Shown: piece after piece, positions 19,996 through 31,908 of the stretch | How positions within the stretch are numbered: position 1 is the first letter of the stretch | How the letters are laid out: each line of letters opens with the position of its first letter | Origin: Alphaproteobacteria bacterium | GTDB lineage: Bacteria > Pseudomonadota > Alphaproteobacteria > CAAHEQ01 > UBA3637 | Reading direction: 5' to 3' | DNA length: 64,000 nucleotides | Assembly (NCBI GenBank): GCA_045613285.1 | Contig: JAZLAQ010000030.1 | Span: 28,290-92,289 of the forward strand | Notes under the pieces: generated by a model | Seen by the model: the letters and a program-made list of their open reading frames with translations, nothing else | The model's database searches: none | What the model was told of the DNA's origin: nothing | Made by a program: the position numbers and the translations under genes

Positions 19996-21762
19996 TTACC
20001 TTAATTTAACATGAACTTCACGCAGCTGCTTTTCCGTTACCGGTGATGGTGCATTCATCAACAAATCCCTTGCTTGTTGGTTGAATGGGAAAGCAATAAC
20101 TTCACGGATATAGGTTTCATCCGTTACCAGCATAACAAGTCTGTCAAAACCAAAGGCAGCTCCACCGTGTGGCGGGGCACCGTATTGGAAGGCATTTAAC
20201 ATACCGGCAAACTTTTCTTTCACTGTTTCCGGACCATAACCGGCAATTTCAAAAGCTTTAAACATGATATCCGGTCTATGATTCCGAATCGCACCAGATA
20301 AAATTTCATATCCGTTACAAACCATATCAAACTGATAAGCCTTAATGGTCAAAGGGTCCTGATTTAACAGAGCATCCATTTCGCCCTGTGGCATTGAAAA
20401 TGGATTATGCGAGAATTCAGGGGCCCCTGTTTCTTCATTGGCTTCATAAAATGGAAAATCCGTAATCCAACAGAAACGGAAAGCATTCTTTTCAATCAAA
20501 TTTAATTCTTGGCCTAATAAAGTCCGAACAGAGCCTGCAAATTTTGCAGTTTTTTCTCCTTTACCACAAACAAAGAAAATACTATCACCTATTTGCGCAG
20601 CAGTCAAGTCAATCAACTGTTGTATTCTATCGGCATCCAAATTCTTGGCAATAGGACCTTTCATCCCTTCTTCAGCCAAAGTCATATAGCCCAAACCACC
20701 CATACCTTGTTCAACAGCAAAAGCATTCATCTTGTCAAACCAACTGCGTGGTTTTACGGCAGTATTCGGTGTCCGAATAGCACGAACGAAACCACCATTT
20801 GCTACCATATTGGCAAACAGTCCAAAAGAAGAACCTGCAAAAATTTCAGATACATCCTTGATTACCAACGGATTTCGTAAATCTGGTTTATCCGTTCCGT
20901 AAGTCAACATTGATTCAGCAAATGGAATCTGAACAAACGGAGCCTGTGAAATCAACGCATTTGGTGCAAATTCAGCAAATAAATCAGAAATTAAAGTTTC
21001 ACCAACTTTAAAAATTTCTTCCTGTGTTACAAAAGACATTTCAAAGTCTATCTGATAAAATTCCCCTGGGGAACGGTCCGCACGACTATCTTCATCACGA
21101 AAACAGGGAGCCAACTGAAAATAACGGTCAAATCCGGCAACCATCAACAATTGCTTAAATTGTTGCGGTGATTGTGGTAAAGCATAAAATTCCCCTTTAT
21201 GAACACGACTGGGGACCAAATAATCCCGTGCACCTTCCGGACTGGAAGATGTTAAAATCGGTGTTTGAAATTCCGTAAATCCTAATTCCCACATTTTATC
21301 ACGGACAAATTTGGTCATCCGGTTGCGAATATGGATATTCGCATGTGGTTTTTCCCGACGCAAGTCCAAGAAACGATAAGTCAAGCGTTGTTCTTCGGAC
21401 AAATCTTCTTCATCGGCAACTACCTGTATCGGTAATACAGCAGCTTCTGATTGAACCTGCACATTCAAAACACTAATTTCAATTTCCCCTGTCGGCATTT
21501 TGGGATTAACGGTGTTAGCCTCACGCAACAGGACTTTACCTTCTATTGTAATAACTGATTCAGGACGAATTTTTTCTAAAACCTGGAAAACAGGGCTTGC
21601 AGTATCCAAAACACACTGAGTAATTCCAAAATTATCCCGCAAATCAATAAATAATAAATTACCGTGGTCACGCTTCCGATGAACCCAACCGGATAATTTT
21701 ACAACTTTTTCAGCATCTGATGCTCTTAAAGCACCACAGGTATGTGAACGATATTGATTCAT
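19996..21762 (-). CDS. aspS: Aspartyl-tRNA synthetase, bacterial type (588 aa)
   Basis: Class II aaRS motifs (FRDED, GGGIDR-like [16 protein letters not shown]), an N-terminal OB anticodon-binding domain and the bacterial insertion domain. Confidence 0.95.
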   Translation of the reverse strand: MNQYRSHTCGALRASDAEKVVKLSGWVHRKRDHGNLLFIDLRDNFGITQCVLDTASPVFQVLEKIRPESVITIEGKVLLREANTVNPKMPTGEIEISVLNVQVQSEAAVLPIQVVADEEDLSEEQRLTYRFLDLRREKPHANIHIRNRMTKFVRDKMWELGFTEFQTPILTSSSPEGARDYLVPSRVHKGEFYALPQSPQQFKQLLMVAGFDRYFQLAPCFRDEDSRADRSPGEFYQIDFEMSFVTQEEIFKVGETLISDLFAEFAPNALISQAPFVQIPFAESMLTYGTDKPDLRNPLVIKDVSEIFAGSSFGLFANMVANGGFVRAIRTPNTAVKPRSWFDKMNAFAVEQGMGGLGYMTLAEEGMKGPIAKNLDADRIQQLIDLTAAQIGDSIFFVCGKGEKTAKFAGSVRTLLGQELNLIEKNAFRFCWITDFPFYEANEETGAPEFSHNPFSMPQGEMDALLNQDPLTIKAYQFDMVCNGYEILSGAIRNHRPDIMFKAFEIAGYGPETVKEKFAGMLNAFQYGAPPHGGAAFGFDRLVMLVTDETYIREVIAFPFNQQARDLLMNAPSPVTEKQLREVHVKLR

Positions 21763-21780
21763 AATAACATCTCCTTATAC

Positions 21781-23121
21781 TTATTTATTCTTTAAAAAAT
21801 CTGTCAACCAATGAATATTATACTGACCATCTATAAAGTCAGGTTCCGCAATAATTCTTTGATGAAGGGGTATCGTTGTCGGAATTCCTTCAATGACAAA
21901 CTCCTCCAAAGAACGCCGCATCCGCATTAAAACACCGTTTCTAGTCCGACCATGAACAATCAACTTGGCCACCATACTGTCATAATTGGGTGGGACAACA
22001 TAACCCGCATACATTCCTGAATCAACACGAACGTCTAAGCCACCTGGGGTATGCCACTGCCCGATTTGACCGGCACGAGGGATAAAGGTATCAGGATCTT
22101 CCGCATTGATACGACATTCCATTGCATATCCATTAAAACGAATATCATCCTGTGTATACCCCAAAGCGGCACCGCCCGACACACGTATCTGATCACGCAC
22201 AATGTCTACGCCAGTTACAGCTTCAGTAATCGGGTGTTCCACCTGAACACGCGTATTCATTTCCAAGAAATAAAACTGTCCTTTTTCATACAGGAATTCT
22301 ATTGTTCCGACATTTGTATAACCTAACTTTTTCATAGCAGAAACAACTATATTGCCAAGCTGACGCCGTTGTTCTGTATTCAAGGCCGGTGAAGGTGTTT
22401 CCTCTAAAATCTTTTGGTTATTTCGTTGCAACGAACAATCACGTTCACCTAAGTGGACAACATTACCATAATTATCAGCCAAAACCTGAACTTCTATGTG
22501 TCGGGGATTTTTTAAATATTTTTCTAAATAGACAGAATCATTCGCAAAACCGCTTTTTGCCTCTTGCTTGGCCAGTGTAAAAGCATCTGCCATTTCGGTG
22601 GGATTTTCAACGATTTTCATCCCTTTTCCACCACCGCCGGCGGTTGCTTTTATAATAACCGGATATCCGATTTTTTCTGCAATCAGTAAAGCTTCTTGTG
22701 GTGTTTTTACTTCACCGTCCGATCCTGGGATAACCGGTAAACCGGCATCGATAGCAGCCTGCTTAGCGCTGATTTTATCCCCCATCAGACGTATCATCTT
22801 TGGTGTTGGTCCAATAAAAGCTATTCCATGAGCCTGAACCATTTCAGCAAATTCAGCATTTTCTGATAAGAATCCATACCCCGGATGAATGGCATCTGCC
22901 CCTGTCATAATGGCAGCCGAAATAATAGCTGCTCGATTGAGATATGAATCCTTGGCTGGAGCCGGTCCAATACAGATTGCTTCGTCAGCCAATTTAACAT
23001 GCATTGCATTAGAATCAACCGTTGAGTGAACAGCAACGGTTTTAATTCCCATCTCCCGACAAGAACGATGAATTCGCAAAGCGATTTCACCACGATTGGC
23101 TATTAAAACTTTTTCAAACAT
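21781..23121 (-). CDS. accC: Acetyl-CoA carboxylase, biotin carboxylase subunit (446 aa)
   Basis: ATP-grasp biotin carboxylase motifs (MFEKVLIANRGEIA, GGGGKGM, EMNTRVQVEHP). Sits directly downstream of accB. Confidence 0.95.
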   Translation of the reverse strand: MFEKVLIANRGEIALRIHRSCREMGIKTVAVHSTVDSNAMHVKLADEAICIGPAPAKDSYLNRAAIISAAIMTGADAIHPGYGFLSENAEFAEMVQAHGIAFIGPTPKMIRLMGDKISAKQAAIDAGLPVIPGSDGEVKTPQEALLIAEKIGYPVIIKATAGGGGKGMKIVENPTEMADAFTLAKQEAKSGFANDSVYLEKYLKNPRHIEVQVLADNYGNVVHLGERDCSLQRNNQKILEETPSPALNTEQRRQLGNIVVSAMKKLGYTNVGTIEFLYEKGQFYFLEMNTRVQVEHPITEAVTGVDIVRDQIRVSGGAALGYTQDDIRFNGYAMECRINAEDPDTFIPRAGQIGQWHTPGGLDVRVDSGMYAGYVVPPNYDSMVAKLIVHGRTRNGVLMRMRRSLEEFVIEGIPTTIPLHQRIIAEPDFIDGQYNIHWLTDFLKNK

Positions 23122-23123
23122 TT

Positions 23124-23555
23124 TTATTCCACACTGAATAACGGTTGATTGTATTCTACTGGACTACCGGCTTCTACTAAAATTTCAGTAATACGACCGG
23201 CTTTATCTGATTTAATCGGATTAAAGGTTTTCATCGCTTCAACCAAACAAACCGTTTGTCCGACCGACACACGATCACCTACTTTAACAAACGGTAAAGA
23301 TTTTTCATCTTTTGTCAAATATACCACACCAACCATAGGGGATAAAATATAATTTCCCTTTGTTTTTTCAGGTGCCGTTATTTGAGCAGATTGGACAGGT
23401 TGTTGTTGTACACTAACCTGAGGCGATACAGTAGCATTCGATGCTCCATTAATACGCAAGTACATACCGTTTGATTCATATTCAATTTCAGATAAGTTAT
23501 TTTCTTTTAACAGTTTAATTAACTCCTGAATATCATTTTTTTGTTCTTTTTCCAT
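23124..23555 (-). CDS. accB: Biotin carboxyl carrier protein (143 aa)
   Basis: C-terminal biotinyl domain with the EAMK biotin-attachment motif (CLVEAMKTFNPI). Lies upstream of accC with a 2-nt gap. Confidence 0.85.
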   Translation of the reverse strand: MEKEQKNDIQELIKLLKENNLSEIEYESNGMYLRINGASNATVSPQVSVQQQPVQSAQITAPEKTKGNYILSPMVGVVYLTKDEKSLPFVKVGDRVSVGQTVCLVEAMKTFNPIKSDKAGRITEILVEAGSPVEYNQPLFSVE

Positions 23556-23696
23556 AGGAAATCCTTTTTGTTAAAATAAAACTTTTCTGTTTTACACTAT
23601 TTTATAAAAAAAAGCAAGTATAAAAAAATTCTTTTATCTCTTGAAATTTATTTTTAAGTGTGATAATCTTACAAAGATTTATTGATGGAGAAAAAA

Positions 23697-24944
23697 ATGA
23701 ATACTTTTTTTGATTATTTAAAAGAACGTGGTTATGTCTATCAAATGACACATGAAGAGGAGATTAAACAAGCTTTAAATGGGGATAAAAAAATCACTTT
23801 TTATCTGGGAATTGATCCGACAGCAGACAGTCTTCATATCGGACATTTCTTTTCCTTAATGATGTTCAGACATTTACAAAGACAGGGACATCATGGTATT
23901 TTAGTTATCGGAGGGGCAACTGCCTTAGTTGGTGATCCAACAGGAAAATCCGATATGCGTAAAATGATGACCCATGAAACTGTGGCTCATAATGTACAGG
24001 AAGTTAAAAATCTAGCTGCTCGTTTCATTAAAACTGATGGAGATAATCCGGCTTTGATTTTAGATAACTCGGAATGGATAAATAAATTCAATTACGTTGA
24101 TTTTATGCGGTTGGTTGGAACCCACTTCAATGTAAATAAAATGTTAGCATCAGAAGCTTACTCTTCTCGTTTAGCAAATGGCGGTTTGACATTCTTGGAA
24201 ATGGGATATATGTTGATGCAAGCTTACGATTTTGTTTACCTGAACAGAACATATAATTGTGTTTTGGAAATCGGTGGCAGCGATCAATGGGGCAATATTG
24301 TAGCCGGTACAGAACTCAGTCGCAAAATGAACTTCCATGCCGATGGAAAAGCTACGGCAGATTGTCCGGATACATTTGGGTTAACCTGCCCTCTTTTAAT
24401 GACAAAAGAAGGTAAGAAAATGGGTAAAACCGAAAACGGAACACTGTGGGTTGCCCGTGATAAAACAACGACATATGCTTTCTATCAATACTTTTATAAT
24501 ACACCCGATTCAGATACAGAAATGCTGTTGAAACTGTTTACAGATATTCCGACAGATGAAATACAACAAATGTGCCAGAGCAATATTATAGAAGCAAAAA
24601 AACGGATGGCCTATGAAATTACAAAACTTGTTCATGGCGAAGAAGAAGCAAATAAAGCTGTAGAAACGGCCCAATCCTTATTTAAAGGGAATGCTGATTC
24701 CGAAAACGTACCCTCAGCAAGATATGCTGTCGAAAAATTGAAAGAAGGTATTTTAATTGTTGATTTAGCTGTTGAAGTTGGATTATTACCTTCGAAAGGG
24801 GAAGCCCGTCGTTTAATTCAACAAAACGGCTTATCTTTAGATGGAGAAAAAGTTACTGACGCTATGGCGAAAGTTCCAACTGATAAAACGAGTATTATTC
24901 TACAAAAAGGAAAAAAGAACTTTTTAAAAGTTATCTTTGAGTGA
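23697..24944 (+). CDS. tyrS: Tyrosyl-tRNA synthetase. The likely start is the ATG at 23697 (415 aa).
   Basis: Class I HIGH motif (SLHIGH), KMSKS-like KKMGKT and a C-terminal S4-like domain. GGAG lies 8 nt upstream of the ATG at 23697. The track start at 23682 is a TTG 15 nt upstream. Confidence 0.9.
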   Translation: MNTFFDYLKERGYVYQMTHEEEIKQALNGDKKITFYLGIDPTADSLHIGHFFSLMMFRHLQRQGHHGILVIGGATALVGDPTGKSDMRKMMTHETVAHNVQEVKNLAARFIKTDGDNPALILDNSEWINKFNYVDFMRLVGTHFNVNKMLASEAYSSRLANGGLTFLEMGYMLMQAYDFVYLNRTYNCVLEIGGSDQWGNIVAGTELSRKMNFHADGKATADCPDTFGLTCPLLMTKEGKKMGKTENGTLWVARDKTTTYAFYQYFYNTPDSDTEMLLKLFTDIPTDEIQQMCQSNIIEAKKRMAYEITKLVHGEEEANKAVETAQSLFKGNADSENVPSARYAVEKLKEGILIVDLAVEVGLLPSKGEARRLIQQNGLSLDGEKVTDAMAKVPTDKTSIILQKGKKNFLKVIFE

Positions 24945-24977
24945 TTTTTCTTTTGAGGGGGTATAATTAAGAAATGA

Positions 24978-26375
<1,398 letters not shown>

Positions 26376-26786
26376 ATGGAAATGAAACTCCGTATTTTTT
26401 CACCTATAGGCGTTATTTTGGAAACACCGGTTCAACAAATTGATTTTGAATCCATTAGTGGTTTTTTCACTTTACTTCCTAAGCATACGGATATCGTTTC
26501 TGCATTAAAAATCGGTATTTTAACCTATAAAACAAACGATACGATTGCCTATGTTGCTTGTAATAAGGGTGTTTTGGTTAAAAAAAATGATACGGTCTTT
26601 GTTTCAACTAAAATGGCAATTTTAGGAACTGATTTAAAGGAACTGGAAACAAAAATAACTACTGATTTCAAAATGATAGAAGAAGAACGTAAAGAAATAA
26701 ATACAGCTATGGCAAAATTGGAAATCGGTCTGGCAAAAGGTATTATGTCATTAAAAAATATAGGAGAAAACAATGTCGGAATTTGA
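26376..26786 (+). CDS. atpC: ATP synthase epsilon subunit (136 aa)
   Basis: Size, beta-sandwich plus C-terminal helical layout, and its position 0 nt after the atpD stop. Confidence 0.8.
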   Translation: MEMKLRIFSPIGVILETPVQQIDFESISGFFTLLPKHTDIVSALKIGILTYKTNDTIAYVACNKGVLVKKNDTVFVSTKMAILGTDLKELETKITTDFKMIEEERKEINTAMAKLEIGLAKGIMSLKNIGENNVGI

Positions 26787-27087
26787 AAAAGAAAATAAAA
26801 AAACGGCAACTGTTTTAGTCCACAAAGCTAAAGTTATGCAAAAAAGAGAAAATCGCACATTCTTTTTTAATGCTGGTGTTTTGAGTGTTTACGGTTGGCA
26901 GTTATCCATTCCGGTTATATTAGGTGTTATTCTCGGTCGTTTTTTGGATAAAGCTTTTCCTGATACAATTTTTTCATGGACTTTCAATCTTATTTTAATC
27001 GGATTTGCAATAGGCGTTTTTAACGCTAATTATTGGATACATAAAGAAGGCATTATCCCACAACAAAAAAAGAAAGGCAAGAAATGA
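26773..27087 (+). CDS. atpQ: Small two-TM membrane protein at the AtpQ position of N-ATPase operons (104 aa)
   Basis: Two predicted TM helices and a basic C-terminus. Overlaps atpC by 14 nt. Sits between epsilon and the AtpR-like gene exactly as in N-ATPase operons. Confidence 0.6.
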   Translation: MSEFEKENKKTATVLVHKAKVMQKRENRTFFFNAGVLSVYGWQLSIPVILGVILGRFLDKAFPDTIFSWTFNLILIGFAIGVFNANYWIHKEGIIPQQKKKGKK

Positions 27088-27416
27088 ATATAAATCTAGC
27101 TGAATTTATTAAATTTTTTCTTATTGGTATTACCTGTGGATTGGTCTATTTATATTTACTATGGCAAACGGTTAAAGTATTACCAAATGTTAAAAAGAAA
27201 GGTGTTTTCTTATTTACTTCTATGTTTTTAAGAATATTCTTAATGCTTTCTCTGATAGTCGTTTTTGCCAACAATGATTTGAATAAATTTTTAATTATGT
27301 GTTTAGGCTTTATCTTAATCCGTTTCTTCGTTTTAAGATTTACTCGTTTTGGTGGATGCTACGCAACAAGTGATAAACAATTAAAAAAATCTTTTCAAGG
27401 TCAGAGAAAAAAATGA
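27084..27416 (+). CDS. atpR: AtpR/AtpI-like small membrane protein with intramembrane arginines (110 aa)
   Basis: Three hydrophobic segments containing Arg (FLRIFLM, ILIRFFVLRF). 4-nt overlaps on both sides. Positioned immediately before the a subunit. Confidence 0.6.
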   Translation: MNINLAEFIKFFLIGITCGLVYLYLLWQTVKVLPNVKKKGVFLFTSMFLRIFLMLSLIVVFANNDLNKFLIMCLGFILIRFFVLRFTRFGGCYATSDKQLKKSFQGQRKK

Positions 27417-28306
27417 ATACTGTAATAACGCAAATTTCAGGCTACGATACAACAATATCGGTTTTACTTTCAATACTGTGTACCGTCGGATTATGCATCG
27501 GTTGTTGTTATTGGTTAAAAAGTAAAATGGGCCGCGGATTTGGTATTTTGTTGATTATTGCTTCATGGTGGGGAGCTTTCAGTTTAGATAATACGGCGAC
27601 AACAAACAATATTGATTTTGGAAATATGGATGCGATACCTATTTTTAGAATAGGAGATGTAACAATTGGATCAACATTATTTTTCTCGTGGGTTGTTATG
27701 GCAATTTTAGTGATTTGTTCTTGGTTTGTTACACGAAAGTTGAAAACAACTTTGCAGGTTTCTCATACACAGACTGCTCTTGAAATGATTGTTATGACAA
27801 TTCGCACTCAAATTAAAGATATCAGTGGTGATAACCCTGCCCGCTATATGCCAATTATGGGAACTTTCTTTTTATTTATCGGATTATCAAACCTTTTAAC
27901 AATTATTCCAGGTTTCCAAGCTCCAACAGCATCTTTATCCACGACTATGGCTTTCTCATTATGTGTCTTTTTCGCAATGCCTATATACGGTATTAAAAAT
28001 GCTGGTGTTTTAGGATACCTGAAAAAATATGTTGATCCGACACCGATTATGTTGCCTTTAAATATTTTAAGTGATTTTTCATCAACTTTTTCATTAGCCT
28101 TTCGGTTATATGGAAACATGTTGAGTGGTGTTATCATTGCAACGGTCTTGGTAATGTTAGCACCTTTATTGGTTCCACTGCCTTTACAAATTTTGGGACT
28201 AATAACCGGTATGATACAAGCATACATCTTTGCCTTACTGGCAATTGTTTATGTAACTTCTGTCGGACCGAAAAAACAATTCATAGACCATTTAAACTAT
28301 AATTAA
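27413..28306 (+). CDS. atpB: ATP synthase Fo subunit a (297 aa)
   Basis: Polytopic membrane protein with the conserved stator Arg motif (AFRLYGNMLSG) in the penultimate helix. Confidence 0.85.
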   Translation: MNTVITQISGYDTTISVLLSILCTVGLCIGCCYWLKSKMGRGFGILLIIASWWGAFSLDNTATTNNIDFGNMDAIPIFRIGDVTIGSTLFFSWVVMAILVICSWFVTRKLKTTLQVSHTQTALEMIVMTIRTQIKDISGDNPARYMPIMGTFFLFIGLSNLLTIIPGFQAPTASLSTTMAFSLCVFFAMPIYGIKNAGVLGYLKKYVDPTPIMLPLNILSDFSSTFSLAFRLYGNMLSGVIIATVLVMLAPLLVPLPLQILGLITGMIQAYIFALLAIVYVTSVGPKKQFIDHLNYN

Positions 28307-28322
28307 GAAAGGAAAAAAGATT

Positions 28323-28622
28323 ATGGATCCAATTACTTTTATCGGCGGAATGTCTGTTTTATCAGCTGGATTATGTATTGCTATCGGCGGTATCGGACCT
28401 GGATTAGGAGAAGGAAATGCTGCAGCAAATGCGTTACGTGCGATTGCACAACAACCGGATGAAGCTGGAAATATCACCAAAACCTTGTTTATGTCTATGG
28501 CAATGGTTGAATCAACAGCTATTTATGCTTTTATTGTTACAATGATGATTATGTTCTTTAATCCGTTTTGGACAAAAGCTGTTGAAATGGCTGGTCCTGC
28601 CGTACAGATGGTTACCCAATAA
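28323..28622 (+). CDS. atpE: ATP synthase Fo subunit c (99 aa). Hairpin with Glu in helix 1 (GLGEGN) and an ESTxxY motif in helix 2.
   Basis: GIGPGLGEG in helix 1, QQPDEAGN loop, MVESTAIYAFIV in helix 2. The alignment to Na+-binding c subunits (Q32/E65/S66/T67/Y70 spacing) is made from the sequence itself. Confidence 0.85.
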   Translation: MDPITFIGGMSVLSAGLCIAIGGIGPGLGEGNAAANALRAIAQQPDEAGNITKTLFMSMAMVESTAIYAFIVTMMIMFFNPFWTKAVEMAGPAVQMVTQ

Positions 28623-28636
28623 AAAGGAGTTCCCAA

Positions 28637-29410
28637 ATGGGATTTAGTTGGAGTACTTTTTTTGCTCAAATTATCAACCTGTTTATACTGGTCTGGTTGA
28701 TGAAGAAATTTCTATATCATCCGATAATTAATGTTATTACAAAAAGACAGGCTTACATCGAAAATAAGGTTAAAAAAGCCGATGAAGCCGTCAGTAATGC
28801 TAAAAAACAAGAAAAAAAACTGGTTGAACAGGCAAAAAAATGGGATAAAGAAAAACAAAAACGTTTAGACTCATTATCCGATGAAATTGCCAATCTGAAA
28901 AAAGAACAGGAAAATTTTGTTTATGAAGAAATTAATTCTTTACGTCAAAAAATGCAGAATGATTTAAATCGTGAAACGTCTTCTTTACAGTTGGAAATTC
29001 GCGATTTAATGATTAAGAATTTTTTGGAATTATCTCAAAAAGCCATCACTGACTTGTCAGAATTGGCCCCTATGGAACAAGCCTTCAGATTATTCCAAAG
29101 AAAATTTGATTCATTAAAAAAAGAAGGTATTTCATCTATTAAAAAATCCATTAAAAAACAAGAAATAATCAAAATATATTCATCTTCTTCTTTAAGAAAA
29201 AAAGAACAAGAAGATCTAATTGCTTTCATAGGGCAAAAACTAAAATTGAATTCAGAAATCAAGTTTCATTTTGAAGTAAATCCCGATTTGATTTTAGGGC
29301 TGGAAATGATTGTTGGTGAAATCGTTTTAGAATGGAATTTAAAAACTTATTTGGATAATTTTGAGGGAAATCTCAACACGGCCTTATCTAATTTAATTGT
29401 GGCCGATTAG
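28637..29410 (+). CDS. atpF: ATP synthase Fo subunit b, elongated form (257 aa)
   Basis: N-terminal single TM (FFAQIINLFILVWLM), a long charged coiled coil, and an extra ~100-aa C-terminal region. It is followed directly by alpha, 12 nt later, with no delta gene. Confidence 0.8.
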   Translation: MGFSWSTFFAQIINLFILVWLMKKFLYHPIINVITKRQAYIENKVKKADEAVSNAKKQEKKLVEQAKKWDKEKQKRLDSLSDEIANLKKEQENFVYEEINSLRQKMQNDLNRETSSLQLEIRDLMIKNFLELSQKAITDLSELAPMEQAFRLFQRKFDSLKKEGISSIKKSIKKQEIIKIYSSSSLRKKEQEDLIAFIGQKLKLNSEIKFHFEVNPDLILGLEMIVGEIVLEWNLKTYLDNFEGNLNTALSNLIVAD

Positions 29411-29422
29411 AAAGGAAAATAC

Positions 29423-30943
29423 ATGTTAAAAGGTGCATCAAAAGAAGCAACAAAAGTCATCAAGGAAGCTATATCCAAAACAAAAAATGATTTAAAGGTA
29501 TCTGAAGTTAGTACCATCCGTTCTATTTCCGCTGGCACGGCAGAGATATCTGGTCTTTCAAAAGTAAAAATGAACGAATTACTGACATTTCGTGGTGATA
29601 CTGTTGGTATGGTTCAAACTCTTTCTGTTGATAGTGTTGGTGTTGTTTTTCTTACAAATGCAGATCACCTAAAAGCCGGCGATCGTGCAAAACGCACACA
29701 TCAGGTTTTAAGCATTCCTGTTGGAGAAACCCTATTAGGTCGTGTTATCAATCCGTTAGGTCAACCTCTGGATAATAAGGGCATTATACCTACAACGGAA
29801 ACATTACCGGTAGAACAAGACTCGCCTCCGATTATGCATCGGGCACCTGTGGATACCCCCTTACAAACCGGATTAAAAGCTATAGATTCTTTTACCCCTA
29901 TCGGTCGGGGACAACGAGAGTTAATTTTAGGTGACAGACAAACTGGGAAAACAGCGATTGCCTTGGACACAATTATCAATCAAAAGGATACTGGTGTTAT
30001 CTGTATTTATTGTGCTATCGGACAAAGGGCTTCCGGTACGGCACGCGTTATTACGGATTTAGAAAAACATGGTGTTATGGATAATACCATCGTTGTTGTA
30101 GCTTCAGGTGATGACGAAGCCGGCTTACAATATATAGCCCCTTATGCTGCTACATCCATCGGGGAATGGTTTATGGCAAAAGGGAAAGATGTCTTAATTA
30201 TCTATGATGATTTAACTGCTCATGCACGGGCTTATCGTCAGATGTCTTTGTTATTACGGACACCACCTGGACGAGAAGCCTTCCCAGGAGATATTTTTTA
30301 CATACACTCTCGTTTATTGGAACGTTCTACACATTTGCGACCGGAATATGGTGGTGGTTCTTTAACTTCATTACCAATTGTTTCCACAGAAGCCGGTAAT
30401 ATATCTGCCTATATTCCGACAAATATTATTTCCATTACGGACGGACAGATTTACCTATCCACTTCCCTGTTCCAAAAAGGAATTATGCCGGCCATCGATA
30501 CGGGACGCTCTGTTTCCCGTGTCGGGGGTGATGCTCAATTACCGGCTTATCGTAATTTAGTTGGACCATTGAAATTGTTTTTCTCACAATTTGAGGAATT
30601 AGAATCTTTTGCAAAATTCGGAACTCAAATGGATGGAGAAACAGCCAAGCGGTTAAAACGGGGACGTGCTATACGTTCTGTTTTACAACAGATACAATAT
30701 GTCCCTATGCCGGTAGCTGAACAAATTTCCATCTTTTTAGCAACAAATGCCGGCTTATTAGATGATGTTAAGGAAAGTTTGATACCAAAAGCTCAAGAAA
30801 TTATTATTAAAACACTACATCAATCTTTTTCAGCTGAGATTAAAGCTATTTTAAAGAAAGAAAAATTATCACAAGAAGCAAAAGATAAGATGTTAGATGC
30901 CTTTCAAAAAGCACTTAATAACGAAAAAGGACTATATGTATAA
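29423..30943 (+). CDS. atpA: N-type ATPase alpha subunit (506 aa)
   Basis: Walker A GDRQTGKT and alpha-type nucleotide-binding domain motifs. Confidence 0.9.
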   Translation: MLKGASKEATKVIKEAISKTKNDLKVSEVSTIRSISAGTAEISGLSKVKMNELLTFRGDTVGMVQTLSVDSVGVVFLTNADHLKAGDRAKRTHQVLSIPVGETLLGRVINPLGQPLDNKGIIPTTETLPVEQDSPPIMHRAPVDTPLQTGLKAIDSFTPIGRGQRELILGDRQTGKTAIALDTIINQKDTGVICIYCAIGQRASGTARVITDLEKHGVMDNTIVVVASGDDEAGLQYIAPYAATSIGEWFMAKGKDVLIIYDDLTAHARAYRQMSLLLRTPPGREAFPGDIFYIHSRLLERSTHLRPEYGGGSLTSLPIVSTEAGNISAYIPTNIISITDGQIYLSTSLFQKGIMPAIDTGRSVSRVGGDAQLPAYRNLVGPLKLFFSQFEELESFAKFGTQMDGETAKRLKRGRAIRSVLQQIQYVPMPVAEQISIFLATNAGLLDDVKESLIPKAQEIIIKTLHQSFSAEIKAILKKEKLSQEAKDKMLDAFQKALNNEKGLYV

Positions 30944-31833
30944 TGAGTTTAGAAGCCTTAAATAAACGGATAAAAACGACAACCGATTTACGGGATATTG
31001 TTAGTACAATGAAGATGTTATCGTCTGTCAGTATAGGTCCTTATGAAAAGGCTTTAATATCCTTAAACGAATACGGTAAAACAGTTAAGACAGCCTTTAT
31101 CGGTTTAATGAAAGATGATCGGTTTTATTATACACCCCAGCGATTAAAATCAAATTCCCCCAAAACAATCGCTATTGTTATCGGAACGGATAATGGTCTG
31201 GTCGGTCGCTTTAACCGAGATGTCATAACCTACGCCCGTAAAGATTTATCAGAAAATAGTCTAGATAAAGAAGTAACCTTTATTTGTATCGGGAAAAGAT
31301 TAGGACTGTTGGCTGATTCGGCAAAGGTAAAAGTAGCAGCAACTTACCCGATTATGAATTCTCTAAAAGAAATCACAACCATATCATCTATGGTTCTAAT
31401 GAAAATCAATGAACTGATACATGCAGAAAGGGCAGAACAGGTTTTTATTTACTATACAATAAAAAAAACCGGTGAATCACAACGGGTAGAAAAAGTACAA
31501 TTAATGCCCCTTCCCCAACAAGATATGATTTCCTTTAAAAAAGAAAAATGGACAGGACGTACTTTACCTCTTATTGCTGATGATAAAGGAAGTTTGTTTA
31601 CTGCTCTGATACATGAATATCTGACCGTTGTTTTAAGCGGTTCTTTGACATCTTCTCTGGCGGCTGAGCATTATACACGTATGGTCAACATGCAACAGGC
31701 AGAGAAAAATATAGATGAGTCCTTAGAAGCCATGAATATGGATTACCAACAAATTCGTCAAACCAGTATTACGGATGAACTGATTGATATCGTATCCGGT
31801 GCCGAAAGTCTGAAAAAGAAAAAATCAACTTAA
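30943..31833 (+). CDS. atpG: ATP synthase gamma subunit (296 aa)
   Basis: Typical gamma length. The N-terminal helix ([29 protein letters not shown]) and C-terminal helix are conserved. The start overlaps the atpA stop by 1 nt. Confidence 0.85.
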   Translation: MSLEALNKRIKTTTDLRDIVSTMKMLSSVSIGPYEKALISLNEYGKTVKTAFIGLMKDDRFYYTPQRLKSNSPKTIAIVIGTDNGLVGRFNRDVITYARKDLSENSLDKEVTFICIGKRLGLLADSAKVKVAATYPIMNSLKEITTISSMVLMKINELIHAERAEQVFIYYTIKKTGESQRVEKVQLMPLPQQDMISFKKEKWTGRTLPLIADDKGSLFTALIHEYLTVVLSGSLTSSLAAEHYTRMVNMQQAEKNIDESLEAMNMDYQQIRQTSITDELIDIVSGAESLKKKKST

Positions 31834-31908
31834 ATCATTATAACACTTGACATTAGATAAAAAAAAGGATAAAAATAAAAGGGTTCATTTTAATAAGGAG
31901 ATTTTTAA

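Noticed and set aside
23556-23681. Divergent accB/tyrS promoter region with a TTGAAA ... TGTGATAAT extended -10-like element
   Set aside because: The spacer length is ambiguous (15-16 nt depending on which hexamer is chosen). It is plausible but not clean enough to report as a feature.
24937-24968. Promoter for the N-ATPase operon (TATAAT at 24963-24968)
   Set aside because: The best -35 candidate (TTGAGT) gives a 20-nt spacer. The -10 alone is insufficient in AT-rich DNA, so I left it unannotated.
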